A stretch of 64,000 bases of DNA from Setoptus koraiensis (lineage: Eukaryota > Animalia > Arthropoda): assembly GCA_048013815.1 (NCBI GenBank), contig CM106585.1, forward strand, positions 15,810,001 to 15,874,000. The letters are read 5' to 3'. The translations under genes were made by a program, and so were the position numbers. The notes under the pieces are model-generated. The model saw only the letters and a program-made list of their open reading frames with translations, was not told where the DNA came from and searched no databases. Below are positions 26,701-38,563 of this stretch, one piece after another (position 1 is the stretch's first letter; each line of letters starts with the position of its first letter).

Positions 26701-29700
26701 CACAAACTTCAAAAAACAAGTCAGAAGTGTCCAGAACGCAAGTTGTAAAGGCCTCTTCTTCCATATTTAACGATGGTCAAGAAATGTCGCTAAATAATGT
26801 TGACGATGTGAAAGTGTTACTCAAAAAAATGACCCCTAATTCTGTATTGAATGTAAAAACAACTACAACTATTCGAAGCGAATCAGAGGGATCATTAGGT
26901 TATCCGACGCAGAGGCAATCACCGCTGTCACCTTTGAACATAAGAGATTTCGCTAGTTCACCAGGCTTTGCGAATGCAAGAGAGCAAGAAGAAAGAACTG
27001 AGTCACCTGACAATCATAGAATGAAACAACAACAACAAATGTGGCAAGATTCCAAAACTGATAGCAAAGAGCAAGAAATGAATTCGAGAAGAGTTCCTCT
27101 TTTGAAATCAGCATCAGCTTTGTCTGAGTCATCTATTCGCCGAATCCAAAGCCCACCAAAAGTTTTCACTGTCACCAGTGACCATAGTTATAATGATCTG
27201 ATGGGAAACACTGAGCGCCTGTTGAGCTTTGCCAAAACTACGGACAACGGATCAACCGTTGTGTTACGTGACGAACCAGGTCAGAGATCTACAGTGGAAA
27301 GGAAAGAGAAATCATTTGAGTCATACATATTGAATGAGACACACAGTAATAACGGTGCAACGAAACGTGACCTGAACTCTGGCCCGTCTATTACAATTGG
27401 GTTGCCAACGGCAACCGCCACTAAAGTGAAACAGTCAGACGACCAATCAACAAAATCGTCAAACGAAAGAGAACGTCACGAGTCCCGAAATAGAATACAT
27501 AAGAATTTCATTGAAGAATCAACAGAACTTGGCAAACATCATGATTTTAGAAAAGGACAAACAATTCTTCGTGATGTTGACACAGCATCGTCTTCTGTAG
27601 ACGAACAATTGAGAAAATTGAAAATTATCAAAGAAGAGATAATGGGTGTTGGAAATAGTCGTAATAGCTACGAAAGAAGCGAGGATTCAAAAAAGAAAAG
27701 AAGCGATTTCTTTTCATCGTCATTCTCCTCGAGTTTTCCAGATATTCAATTGGAGGAAAGCGAAATCAATTCAAAAAGAAGTGATTCGAGTGTTCCATCA
27801 AAAGTAGCACCGGGCAAGCTGTATGCAAATTATGATCATGAACCTTCACCTGGATCCCGTTATATGCACCAACAATCCTCAGCAAACACTGGACAATTTA
27901 AAAAGGAACCGTCACCAAGGACGACTGTTGAAGATAACTACACAGATAGCAAAGCAGCATCATCAAAAAAACAAACTGCATCATCATCTCTTGCAACAAC
28001 GCCAATGAAACCAATGAAGTGTCCCGAGGTTTTCAAGTATCAGTCAATTGATACAAAAAAATCGACTTCATCTTTGACTCAGCAACAATCACGGTTAACC
28101 TACTATGAGTCTTCACTAGATAATCATGATCAAAGTTTACCTTCTTTTGCTCATGATAGTGGCCTGAATGACACATCAGTCGAGCAGCATAAGCCAATAA
28201 CTAGTAATTATCGTTATCAACAAAAGACATCAGCTGCAACCAGTAACCCTGAAAGAATCGATTATTCGATCAAATCTGAGCCGAGCGGACAACCGTTTGC
28301 TCCATCCTATCTTACTACCAAAAGCAGTAGTAGTAAATATAGTAGTACTGAGAGCAGCAAAGTTTTTGCGTATCCTAGTAAGTTCGAACATAGATTGACA
28401 TCGGGTCAGGCGAGTAAAATTAACAACGACAGCAGTAACCCTAGCGACAAGCTAGATACCATACAAAATCGCAATAATTACATCACATCAAACTACGACA
28501 GTGATATTTACTATCAAACCAAGCCAAGGGACAGGATAGGAAAAACTGATGATTGTCGGGCACCTACTGAAGCCTCATCAAAGCAACGGGAGCAACAAGA
28601 AAATACAAGAAGAACAACTCCAGCGACAAGTCAAAATGCAACAGTCGACAATCAAAAAGTGACAAAACTTCAGCCGGTCGATGATGAACAGTGGTCATCG
28701 TCCTCTGACCATACTCTGAGACACTATGAACCGCAGAACAGAAATCTTTCATATCATGATGGTCACTCTTACGCTAAAGAAAATTCCGCTGACAATAAAC
28801 AATCTCAGAAGACAACAATCTCTGCTTCAACACCTTCACTGGTGAGTGTAGTAAGCTCATCGTCCTCATCCTCATCCACCCCCGTTAGCTCTAGTTCACG
28901 ACAATCAGCAGTTAGATCGTCTTCGAATTTTCGAAAGTATGGTCAGCAACCACTTTCTACGTCTGCAATAGTTAAACTGGTAGTCAGGGAGAAAATAACT
29001 CCTCACGTTGACTGTGTTCAGCAACCAGAGATAAAACGATCTAGTCCAGTTGATAAGGCCATGTCTAATGATCAAGAAACCAATGATAACAAAAACAAGA
29101 AATTGAATCCGGCATCAATAGTGGCAAAGAGAGCTCTCTACTCCACTAATTCTCCATCTCAGAAAAGGGAACAGCAACATTCACCAAGCTCAACATCTGA
29201 ATCATCTGGGCCACAATCTCCTGTATACACACCGACCTCCGGCTTCAGTAATGATTCTGCTCTTGCTTCGTCATTATCATCACATTCGCCGTCATCTCAA
29301 GCTACTACTGCAAGTAATACAAGCAGTAGTGAGGACAATTGCAGTGTCACGTCAAACGAAAATGGACAAGAAGCTACTCAACAGAACCAGCGTCCTATTA
29401 CTCGTTCCGTATCATTAGGTCAGCCATCAATTCAATCTATTCAATCAGATATGAATGCAAAACAAGCTCGAACATTGCAGGGCATCCTTAGGTATAGGGA
29501 AAGCTCCTCGGAACAAGATGCTAACAAACATGCAACGGGCATTGGCGGTAATGTGCCCATGATAGATAGTGAAAGTAACATTAGCGACTACAGATCTGAT
29601 GAGAGTAACTCCGCAACTAAAGACAGTAGTCAAATGAGGAATGATAACAGAGGCCTCTATAGGGAACAGCAAAATTATGATGACCAAAAACAAATGTTGC

Positions 29701-30728
29701 CCAAGTTGATGCAGCAGTCTCAATTCGACAATATGTTAACTAGTCAGCGAAAGTTAGGTGAGCAGCAGACCTCTCTAAAGCAACATATTCATCAACAGCA
29801 GCAGCAACAACTCCAACAAAGCCTCAAAGATCGGGACACTCAAGAGAACCCAGATTCAACTTTTCGTTCGCGTGACGTTTCTCCAAAATTAAATTTGGAA
29901 ATAGCTACAGAACAATCGCAGGAAGATATAAATAAAGCAAGTCGAGGACTTCAATTAGTCAAGGTAAGCCAGCTAGAGTTACAACAGCCAAAACGAGTTC
30001 ATTTTAATGACAGGGCCAGTATTCGATCATTCGAATCTCTCACATCTGCATCAATGGCCTCCAACGAGGATGGCCAACGCACGACGAATGACAAAGGTGA
30101 AGAGCATACCAGAGATGAGGATGAAGATAGTGACGAGGGCGATGACCACGAAGATTATGGTTTCTTATCAAAGCAAGAATCAACTTTGTACAAAAGGCCC
30201 GACGAAGTTGACAACAGTAAATATTATCAGCCAGTTTACACACACGAATCTACAGGTCATAGTGACGTTGAACGGGGTAGAGTGTATCAAAGTTCACCAT
30301 CTCATTCAAGTCATATGGCACCCGCTCGCAACTTTGAGGATGAAGGCGATGAAGATTATGTGATGCGTCTTAGAGCTGCTACCAAGGCTTTCATAGCTCC
30401 GACAGCAGTTCCAGTGTCCTCTCTACCAAATCAACATAATTTAATAATTTCGCCTCAATATCAATATCAGCAGCAACACCAAACACATTTGTCATCAGTA
30501 GCAGATCAACATCATCTACCTTCCAGTATACAGCATGTAGCCGTTGTAGAACCGTTGAATGTTCAATCTCAGCATGTTGCTGATAGGCGCGGTTTTCATG
30601 TAGGATCCAGCCAAAGTGGTTATGATATAAGAAATTCCAATCCCAACGTAGGCGAAATGCGCCAGTCACAGGATTCTGATGAGAAAAAATCTAAGCGACG
30701 TCCCATCAGATTATACACAGCTGTTTGA
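23790..30728 (+). CDS. Giant single-exon, predicted intrinsically disordered protein (2312 aa, S/N/T/Q-rich) with no recognisable folded domain
   Basis: A 6.9-kb uninterrupted ORF cannot be chance. It starts ACCAAC ATG G after a possible acceptor (CAG at 23781-23783) and has downstream AATAAA signals (about 30817 and 31250). Short motifs: GILR (29481), KRVHF (29991-30005), C-terminal LYTAV. Confidence 0.85.
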   Translation: MEDKLRHQYNHRLIVDDDDDDDDYDSANDRQQDTASDENNHNYHSYNQRHSNSLPTTNKYTTSNTNNGNHHNNTATISAATNYKQQQQQQNSGYHQQNQQHNNNDATNSICHSEDGRAPSTISFNSGCYSLLDSWKQRRHRHQQANKAHSTLTTTSRASSTHRPESTLSSYISSKLRIAKPKRAPLGLSQHYVTDSRRRRRANELILRTIEARRRLMAASPTFSTMTDNTTVTGRFSYSIQPNSQQPASAAATAPAANAQAPHSSSMQPVAANHQPATTVKYGNNTNNNNRNNINDSISSQHNDSDITSSYYTTNNNYMTTTPIRTKSPSPRPMASSSNQHQRFRATTNNSSLNEPYNTTAFANSQKQPPSPLLLRQNHQQQQHHLSYHNEPPPLAKLDDTTSESDALNSNNSNNRSSQSKLLRRRINTSNISVSSSSDSSTSTSTSLSHLVTDEQKDLPDCIMRSASSLLALQRELQRSNHDSNMRPRVVKQQTQNDRDSKNSSHIPATTTAPTTNSSNNPVTRQNKRLSRPAIRRDSMRRMRLLNTSSPTKPLKSLLQQTINPESATTTYGQSMLPRGPLAELSNKGRTAMMSASDSMQSHGAAVSETNKSYWPRENNSLKSDRSNADSRHGDKSHSYRSTSSALKPKDEESRSKRKILNERGMSQQTSAIQDSARVSDYNSNKAFNDARRSHSDLINNENQHIFSPKPSSSTIHNKNKSTRLSNQSNSQQYDSTTAPYNIYSYDSNKKTSSTSANQNHRYLDDKHRDNIVTSLTTSKALNNNDKENKPNYRKGSFIEDIVKNKGFKIDNQHPTDYVNVSYNYDRSTNTNDNKTRSSAIKQQRQETLIKKGDTRQTEKHQSDTSIPSERSKRELASHSNESTKSRSETYFRSSNESYNYADAPSTLNSAQSRSLSESQTSQHNRSDNIRKMPRDQYDQNRSGRLTKDPVDVLGTMSSNSTSFLDDATSTQTSKNKSEVSRTQVVKASSSIFNDGQEMSLNNVDDVKVLLKKMTPNSVLNVKTTTTIRSESEGSLGYPTQRQSPLSPLNIRDFASSPGFANAREQEERTESPDNHRMKQQQQMWQDSKTDSKEQEMNSRRVPLLKSASALSESSIRRIQSPPKVFTVTSDHSYNDLMGNTERLLSFAKTTDNGSTVVLRDEPGQRSTVERKEKSFESYILNETHSNNGATKRDLNSGPSITIGLPTATATKVKQSDDQSTKSSNERERHESRNRIHKNFIEESTELGKHHDFRKGQTILRDVDTASSSVDEQLRKLKIIKEEIMGVGNSRNSYERSEDSKKKRSDFFSSSFSSSFPDIQLEESEINSKRSDSSVPSKVAPGKLYANYDHEPSPGSRYMHQQSSANTGQFKKEPSPRTTVEDNYTDSKAASSKKQTASSSLATTPMKPMKCPEVFKYQSIDTKKSTSSLTQQQSRLTYYESSLDNHDQSLPSFAHDSGLNDTSVEQHKPITSNYRYQQKTSAATSNPERIDYSIKSEPSGQPFAPSYLTTKSSSSKYSSTESSKVFAYPSKFEHRLTSGQASKINNDSSNPSDKLDTIQNRNNYITSNYDSDIYYQTKPRDRIGKTDDCRAPTEASSKQREQQENTRRTTPATSQNATVDNQKVTKLQPVDDEQWSSSSDHTLRHYEPQNRNLSYHDGHSYAKENSADNKQSQKTTISASTPSLVSVVSSSSSSSSTPVSSSSRQSAVRSSSNFRKYGQQPLSTSAIVKLVVREKITPHVDCVQQPEIKRSSPVDKAMSNDQETNDNKNKKLNPASIVAKRALYSTNSPSQKREQQHSPSSTSESSGPQSPVYTPTSGFSNDSALASSLSSHSPSSQATTASNTSSSEDNCSVTSNENGQEATQQNQRPITRSVSLGQPSIQSIQSDMNAKQARTLQGILRYRESSSEQDANKHATGIGGNVPMIDSESNISDYRSDESNSATKDSSQMRNDNRGLYREQQNYDDQKQMLPKLMQQSQFDNMLTSQRKLGEQQTSLKQHIHQQQQQQLQQSLKDRDTQENPDSTFRSRDVSPKLNLEIATEQSQEDINKASRGLQLVKVSQLELQQPKRVHFNDRASIRSFESLTSASMASNEDGQRTTNDKGEEHTRDEDEDSDEGDDHEDYGFLSKQESTLYKRPDEVDNSKYYQPVYTHESTGHSDVERGRVYQSSPSHSSHMAPARNFEDEGDEDYVMRLRAATKAFIAPTAVPVSSLPNQHNLIISPQYQYQQQHQTHLSSVADQHHLPSSIQHVAVVEPLNVQSQHVADRRGFHVGSSQSGYDIRNSNPNVGEMRQSQDSDEKKSKRRPIRLYTAV

Positions 30729-33700
30729 AGCGGTTCAGCACTCCAAATTGATTAATCTTAAAAAAGTTAGCTAGATCACGGCTCTTTGAGTCTTAAACCG
30801 CCAAGGAGTTCTTCCAATAAACAAGAAATCGAAAAATAGACCAACAAGACAAGAATGTTTAGCAGATAAGAAATCCTTGAAGGAAAAATTCAAAAATTTT
30901 CAAAGGAAAATCCGAATGTGTCACGTCGGCTACATAAATACATAAATACTACACCATTGAGAGATGCGAAATTCTCATGCATGCAACATGTGTGAGCACT
31001 TAAACATTGATCTAGTCTATCATTGTTTGCCATCATTAGCTTATTCGGAACATTCCTATCAGCTACGAGTTGAATTAATGAAGTCTTGGCTGGTTAGTCT
31101 TCCTTGTGAAAGATGGCAACAGATCATCTTTCGTGCCGAGATCATCGAATCAGGTTGACTGCTCAACTTGAACATGGGAAGTAAGTGTTCTTGAGCCCCT
31201 TTGCGCCCCGGCATTTATAAAGAAAATCATTATTCTAGTCATTATTATGAATAAATAAAGTTAAAAGACAACCAACGTCCGCCTGGATCTGTTATCCTTG
31301 ACTATACAAAAAAAAAAGATTCCACTACATCAATTACTGCTTTGGCTCGACAGTTGTGAGATTGACAAGTGTTGTTCACTTTCCCAGCACTTCATAAATA
31401 TACATTCTTCGTGTGTTCATGCTTCAGCAAACTTGATTGGTTCTAGTCGAAACAAAATCGCTCAATGAGACGAAACGAGCATCCATCTAGCTGTCTGTTT
31501 ATTTATCTATTCTTGTCTGCCAAGAATCAAAGTTCCAACTTCACGTTTTGACTGGCGATTCCGTGTTCAGAAGACAACATTAGAAAGTCGAAATTTCTAT
31601 TACTCTACACTACTGATATAATAATGATTGCACTAATATTGATTGATCAATCAGCATGATCACCAGCATCATTGAAGTTACTAGTCTAGTCTGAAGTAAG
31701 GCTGTTTGTGTACAAAAATAAATGCAGTTCAGCTTGTTCGAGTTGATGTATTTCGGTCTACATTCAATAATGGCGGGCTTGCATATTTTAGTCTATTGTT
31801 ACAAGATTGTATAACGGAATGGAAAGCGGCCGCGAGATAGACGCAGAAACAAAGCCCAATTAGCTTTGTGGTCTACTACTGTAATTAGGACTGAATTTAT
31901 GCCCTGTGTGCAATAACAACTACATTAATATATACAGAAGCTAGATATGTGAGATAGAGAGGAATGAAATAACGAAGGAGAACAGAACGAAAGGCCTTGC
32001 TAGAGATCCGCCAGAACCGGCTTGATTCGAGCTTTTTACTACTAGCAAGTCAACTGGGATAAGTAGACAAAAAAAAATGAGAATTGCCATGTTTTACGTA
32101 TATGTATGTATTTCTTGGTTTGTATGCATGCTCAAGTAGCCTTTTGTGTGTATATTAAATGGCAATCAATTTCATGGTCTAAACATAGGGTTGACGAGCG
32201 AGTAAAATGATAATAGTACACATTGCTAACACTGCAACGTAACAAACAATCACGATTCCAATGATCTCAACATGGGTTATAATAATAGTGCGCTATTGAT
32301 CTATTGTGTGCGATCTTGGTGCCCTTTATATTGCAAAGAGTTGTTAGTTAAAATGAATAGAATCACGGCAAACTACACCGACTGGTACCGAAGGCACGTG
32401 TGTGTCCTTGGTCAGCAATTGATGTGTGACATAATAATCGCTGTTTGTCCACGGCTGTCACCGAATTATATAATGGTGCCAAGTGTTTTAGCTGTTGCTA
32501 ATTCAAACACAATGCCTAAAGAAGAGGCCCGACTTGTTAGCCGTGCCCAAGACGACCAAAACGAACATTAACCCCAGGCCCTGCATAACACATTATGCGA
32601 ACAATATAAATATTAGCATAATAGCTCAGCCGTGTGCACATTCATGGTTTGATTAAAACGAATAAAAAGTAAGGTGGGATTAGAGTGCCTTTGTTATTGA
32701 TATCTGCACTTAAGTCTCGATGCGAGAGCGTATAAAATACTAAATGGGCCACACAATCCGATGCTGTGATGCAACCGAGAGCACAATGTGAGCTGCGAGC
32801 GAGTTGTAAGACCATTTCTAAATTGTATCCACATTCAAATGAGCACATGCCGGGATGCACTTGTCGTGCTCTGGTCGTGCCGATTCGGCCCGCAACAACT
32901 GCCCGGCTGCCAGCAAGCTAACTGGCCGCCGGCCGGCCGGCCAGCCAGTCAGTCAGTCAGTCAGCCAGTCAGCCGCCAGCCGGCACGGTTAGCGGCAGCT
33001 GCCCTCCACCTTTGGCAAGCTCCGAGATTTGGAATTAATTTAGGTCTTAATTGCAACAAAGGCGACAGTTATTTTCGCAGGTCATTCGGGGCTTAATACT
33101 GTGTTTATGTGTGTTTGAATTGTGTTTAAAATGTGTTTGTCCTAAGCCGCTAACGGCAACTGACAGGGGGCTGCTGAATGCAAGTTCGATGAACGGCATA
33201 CAAAGTAGTGGTTGAATAATATAAAAAGTGGTAGCCGATAAAAAATAGCTAACAGCAGCGCTTGGTCAAGGTTAGCCAGGTGAGCCAGGCGGCAATATGT
33301 CACCGTTGCTAATAGTTTAATTGAGCGGTGTAGCAGATGAAAATAAAAACAGGTTGTGCAACAGCTGGCCACAAGCAGGTACGCCACTCGTCAGGCAATA
33401 CATTGCTGAGTCAGGCAATACATTGCTGGCTTGTCAGGAATGTTTGGCATTGTGCGTGTGTAGCGGAACCGGGTGGTTTGTCGCGAGCACTAGAGCGTTG
33501 TATTTTGGCGTTGGTTAAAAAGGTCACCGAAGCCAAAAGGTGGGAGCTTCTTTTTATGTTGTGCTAATCAGCTAGTTAGTGCCAGCTCAGTGTGTGTGTG
33601 TTGGCTTGAGAATTTTGCTTTTTCCATTTTCTCATAAATTCGCACACTGGTCGGCTTGCCGGCGATCGAGCTGAGTGGTCACAGTGAGGCTGACTGACGC

Positions 33701-36700
33701 TCGAGAGTGACGGGGTTGACAGGCGGACGACGACGACGACGAATCGACGCGACCATACGACGGCGTTTTATACAGTTGATTGTGTTTCGATCGGGCCGCG
33801 ATTGATGGACGCAATAAATTGACGACGACTCCGACTCGATCGTCTGGGGTCCACAGGGTCCGTCTGTTGGCCAGAGCCGGCAGACGGCGGGCCGACAGGG
33901 CGAGAGAAGACGGAAGGCCAGCCCGTGAACACACCTGTAGAGCACGGAGGGCACAGAAGGGTGAGGGAACAATGGAGATTTATGCGATGGCGTGTGTGCC
34001 GGTCGTCGATTCATCAAGACACCTAATGATGACAACCAATCAATCAAGTGCGGCCGGCACAAGCGCCCAACAACAGGGAAATGCTAATCAACGGGCCGGC
34101 CGTAATGGCACTAATAGTAATAAGCGAATAATGATAAGCGAAGGGTGGCGCGGATAAGCCCGATAGCTGATTGCGTTCGGCGTTCGGCGTTCGACGTTCG
34201 GCGGGCAGCAGCGACAGCAGCGACAGAGCGGCCATAACAATAAAACAATGTGCTCGTTGTTGGCCATTGTTTTCGTGGCTCGTTTATCGTCGGCGTGCGT
34301 TGCGTAATCCAACAAGCCGGGATGTGGCGGCGGCGGCGGCGTTTAGCGAGCGCCTGTTATGCAATATCACTCAGGTATCGAATGGGACTGCCGCATTGTT
34401 ATCGAGTGGGCGCTAATGTTTGTTTTAAGCCGCCGCCGTCTGACAGCCGTCGTCTGAATCGTGATGCGACACACACACACGCACACACACGCCGTGTCAG
34501 TGTTGGGCGCCTCGCCCGTGCAAGCCCATGACTCATGGGCCATGAGTTATGGCCGCCACCTAAGCCACTTGAACTCAATCCCCGTCCGGCCGACAGCGCG
34601 CAGCCCGAGCTTGCCCACTTGACACACACGCACGCCTGTACACTGCTCGCTGCCGGCCACTGCTCGCTGCTGACCACTGCTCATTGCTGACCACTGCTCA
34701 GAGCGCGGTCCGCAGTGCGCATTTGCGATTTGCATTCGCAACTTCCGCTTTCCGCATGCGCGCAGCGCAAACAATATCCGACGTCCGACGTCCGACGTCT
34801 GGCGTCTGCGGACGTAACAAGGTCCCGCTACGACCGTTCCGACCACTGCGACCGTTCCGACAATCGCGACCATTCCGGCAGTTGCGACCAGTGCGACCGT
34901 TGGCAGCGCTAGATTGCCGAGATTGCCGAGATTGGCTGGCGGTGACAAAAACAGAAAGGGGTGCGCGTGGACAATGTCCATGGGGGGCGCGCAACGGCCA
35001 GCGAAACAATTAACGCACACAAGCGCAATTGTGAGTGCGCAATTTGCATACGCACGACTCGCTCATATATTATTGCGTATTGTGTGCGTTGTGTGTTGCG
35101 TAATGAATGGACGGCCGAGATGATGAGCGTTTAGTTTATGGCGGAATCGTGTAAATGAGCCTGCGTGTGTGTGTGTGTGTGTGTGTGTGTTGTGACCGGC
35201 AACTTGTTGTCGGCCTGCGCCGATCGATAAACACAACAAATCATGCATGTCATTGCGTAATCTGGCGCTGCCTCCGCTCGCTACAGCCAGTCCAACAATA
35301 AACAGCTCAAATCTCGAATCTGCCGGCCGGCCGGCCGGCTCAATCGGCCGCCACTCGATTGGCTGCCGGATCGGGCGCCGTTGCCGGCGGACCGGCTGCC
35401 GGTGCCGGCCGATTGGCCCAGTCATGTCAGAGCGAACGATCGGATAACGACTTATTTACCTGTTCTGCGTGCCCATTTTCTCTCATGGTGTGTGCGCAAT
35501 TCCGACGCGCAGCCGTCGGGATGACAGAGTTGTCGCTGCTGCCGAAATTGGCCTGGCAGCAGTTTTAGCAAATTGGCCGCTTTGCTCTCGGTCAGTTCGC
35601 TCGCTGTGGCCGGTCGGCTCGCTCGCTGTGGCCGGTCAGCTTGGCAGCGACAGCGGCGCTCGCAAAGCGACTCGACGCAATCGGACGGGCCAGACAATCG
35701 GACGGCAGTTGGCCAGCCCGTTGTGCGGCCGTCGCTGGCGGACAGCGACGCAGCGACAGCGAGCGAGAGTGCGGAGCGGCGAGATCGATGAAGAGGTCGG
35801 CGTGACGCAGCCGGCAACTAGGAACAGGAATACAACAAGTGGCTATTGAGTATTGGCCATCATTAATCAATGGCAGTGCGGACGCTGGCCGCTCGCTCGG
35901 CCCGGCCCGGCCCGGCTTGGCGTAACTGTGTGTGCGCATGCATGCATAAGTGCAAGTATGAGCGAAACAAAACTACTGGCGAAACGGAAATTTATTATTA
36001 TTATTATTATTGTTATTATTCCATGCGAGCCGGGCGCGCTCATTAGTATACCGCTGCCGCTTTGCCTGTTGACGCCATTAGGCCGGTCGGCTTCCAATTG
36101 GCTTCCAGTTGGCAGCCGGTCGGCAGCCGCGCCGGTGGTTGGCCAGCGCCGGTAGTTGGCCGGCAGCGGCGGCGGCAGCGCCGGTTACCGGCAATTTGCA
36201 GCGCACTCAAGCTGCCGGACACGAACAACGCGGCGAGAGCGGCGATATTAAAATTAGTTTTGCGTTGCCGTGGCCGGCCAACAATGACGCTGGTGGCCCC
36301 ATTAGCCGGTTGCGATGACAACCGCGCCACTTTTGCGCTTCATTCCCACATGTGGGCGCTGCCGGGCGCACTGTCCGAGCTGGCATCGGTCATAAGGCGA
36401 CTGGCGCAACTGTTGGCACCACCGTCACATTGTGACAGTTGCAGCGAGACACAGCAGTGAGCGCAACTTGCCAGTGGGCGCTATTTAGCGCATCCGGCTG
36501 ACAGTGAGCAGGCCAGTCTCACAGATTGTGAGTTACAATTGTCGGCACACGCGGTGACAGTGGGCACGGTGACAGCAACATGACACTGTCATATGGCTGT
36601 CATGATGACAGCCAGATGACAGTGGCCGACATGCTTTGGCCGCTCGCTTTGGGGCGCCAATATCAAACGGCAGCATGCTAATTGTAGCACACGGTGTTAT

Positions 36701-37139
36701 TAGCAACTGCAAGTGAGTCACTGTTAGTTACTCACAATTAGTTGTCAGGTGACACACAGCTGAGTAACTAACAGTGACGTAACGGTAATTGGCTGGCAGG
36801 TTGCTTATGTCAACAGATTGTTGCTGTGGTCAGTTGAGGCAGGTCGCGTGTGACGCGCATTTTGCAATCATGAAATCATAACAGAATACACACAAAATCA
36901 TAACAGAATCATTGCGCGCTCAGGCGATCGTAGACCGTTATTAACAAGCCACTAGTTGGTTGTTACACAATCATTGTGTAACAATGAGTGCGTGTGGTCA
37001 GTGTTGCACAATGACTCGCAACAAGCAGCAAAGACTGACCATTTGTGCCCAACTGGCGACGCATTGTTGCAGCGCATCTGTGTCAGCTGCAGCAAACAAA
37101 TTGAAATCTCATTGTTACATCACACTTAATCGCGATACT

Positions 37140-37230
37140 ATTGCGCAATCGAGTGAATATTGCGTAATCGAGTGAATATTGCGTAATCGAGTGAATATTG
37201 CGTAATCGAGTGAATATTGCGCGATCGAGT
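37140..37230. repeat. 19-bp tandem repeat (4 full units plus 1 partial), unit TTGCG(C/T)AATCGAGTGAATA
   Basis: Units start at 37141, 37160, 37179, 37198 and 37217. Confidence 0.95.
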
Positions 37231-37480
37231 ATTCAAGCGCTAGTGAGGCCGGCAAACAAGCGGCAGCAGACGGCAACAAGCGCCAACAGGCGCCAACAAG
37301 TGTGCCCATGCTAATTGTGATATCGCCGAATTGCACTGACAAGACTTGTGAGAGATTGTGGCTTTGCAGTGTGCGAGCAGTGAGCCAATTTGCGCAAACC
37401 GACAGCACAATACGACTGGCGCTGGTCAAGTGGCCATTGATCGGACAACAATCAAACAATGGACACAAGAGGCAACATTG

Positions 37481-37518
37481 TTGAGCGAGTGCAAGTGGCG
37501 CCACTTGCACTCGTTCAA
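37481..37518. repeat. 38-bp loopless palindrome with one mismatch
   Basis: TTGAGCGAGTGCAAGTGGC|GCCACTTGCACTCGTTCAA; the inner 28 bp are perfect. Confidence 0.95.
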
Positions 37519-38563
37519 GCGTCTATCATTGATATGTTTAACATTGCGCAACACTCACCGGCAACTCACCGGCGACTGACCAAACAATGCTCTCGGCTCT
37601 CGGCTCACCGCTCAGCTGGAGCTCAGAGTGCGATCAATTAACGCCACTGGCACACACACTTACGATACGACACGACACACGCACCGATACGTATCAACTC
37701 GTATCGGTCAATTAGTATTATTATCAATTGACTGTTTGTCTTGGTGTGCCAATGCACACACAGTTGTGTGCCGGTGCAGCGTAGATGGCGTGGCCGTAAC
37801 AGGTACAGGTAACGACATGCTAACGTGATTTATGGTCTGTCGGACTCAAGCAGACCATAAGTCACCATGAGTGGTGGTGGCCAGCGCCGACAACAATCGC
37901 CCGCTAGACAACAATCGCGCGCTAGACAACAATCGCGCTCTCGCTTGTAATGCGGCCACTCTGGATTTGGTCGAGTTGTTAGTTTGTCGAATTGCATTGA
38001 TGCCTTGGCCGATGGCTAATCCATTTCGGTTGGCCAGTCAAATGATGCCCGAAAGCGGCAAATGGCCCAACCGTCAATTTGTGCCGATCAAGTTGCGAAA
38101 AGAAAAAATCGAGTCAATCCCATTGTTGCGTGGTTTACCGTTATCAGTCTCGATGACGGCAGCGATAAATGTAAATGTAGCAAATGTGAGGCTAATGCGC
38201 TGGCGAGGGTGCCTTTCGTGCAAGTGTATTGATACGGCTGTATCAATGCACTTGTCCGTCCGGGTTGGTTAGTCTTGAGTCGAGACCAACTGAACGAGCG
38301 ACACGACTCAATACTATTGAGTCAATACTATTGAGTCAATAGACACTCGAGGCCGCAACAACATAATATAAACACAGTAAACTTTGCGATATACCACCAA
38401 TCAAAATTGTCAACCTCGTGCACGACGGGCGCCACAGACCCTGTGGCACAGAGCGGATTAACACCAATAACGGATTATAACGACTAATGAGTTATTGTAA
38501 TTAGCAATACCCCATGTGTTGTTAGTACTCGTAGTTGTACATTGTTGTTGCATTGTGCCACCA

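Noticed and set aside
32600-38400. Possible hidden gene or miRNA cluster in the GC-rich block
   Set aside because: No conserved arthropod miRNA sequence was recognised by eye, and the ORFs lack domains. An Infernal/miRBase search would be needed to exclude it fully.
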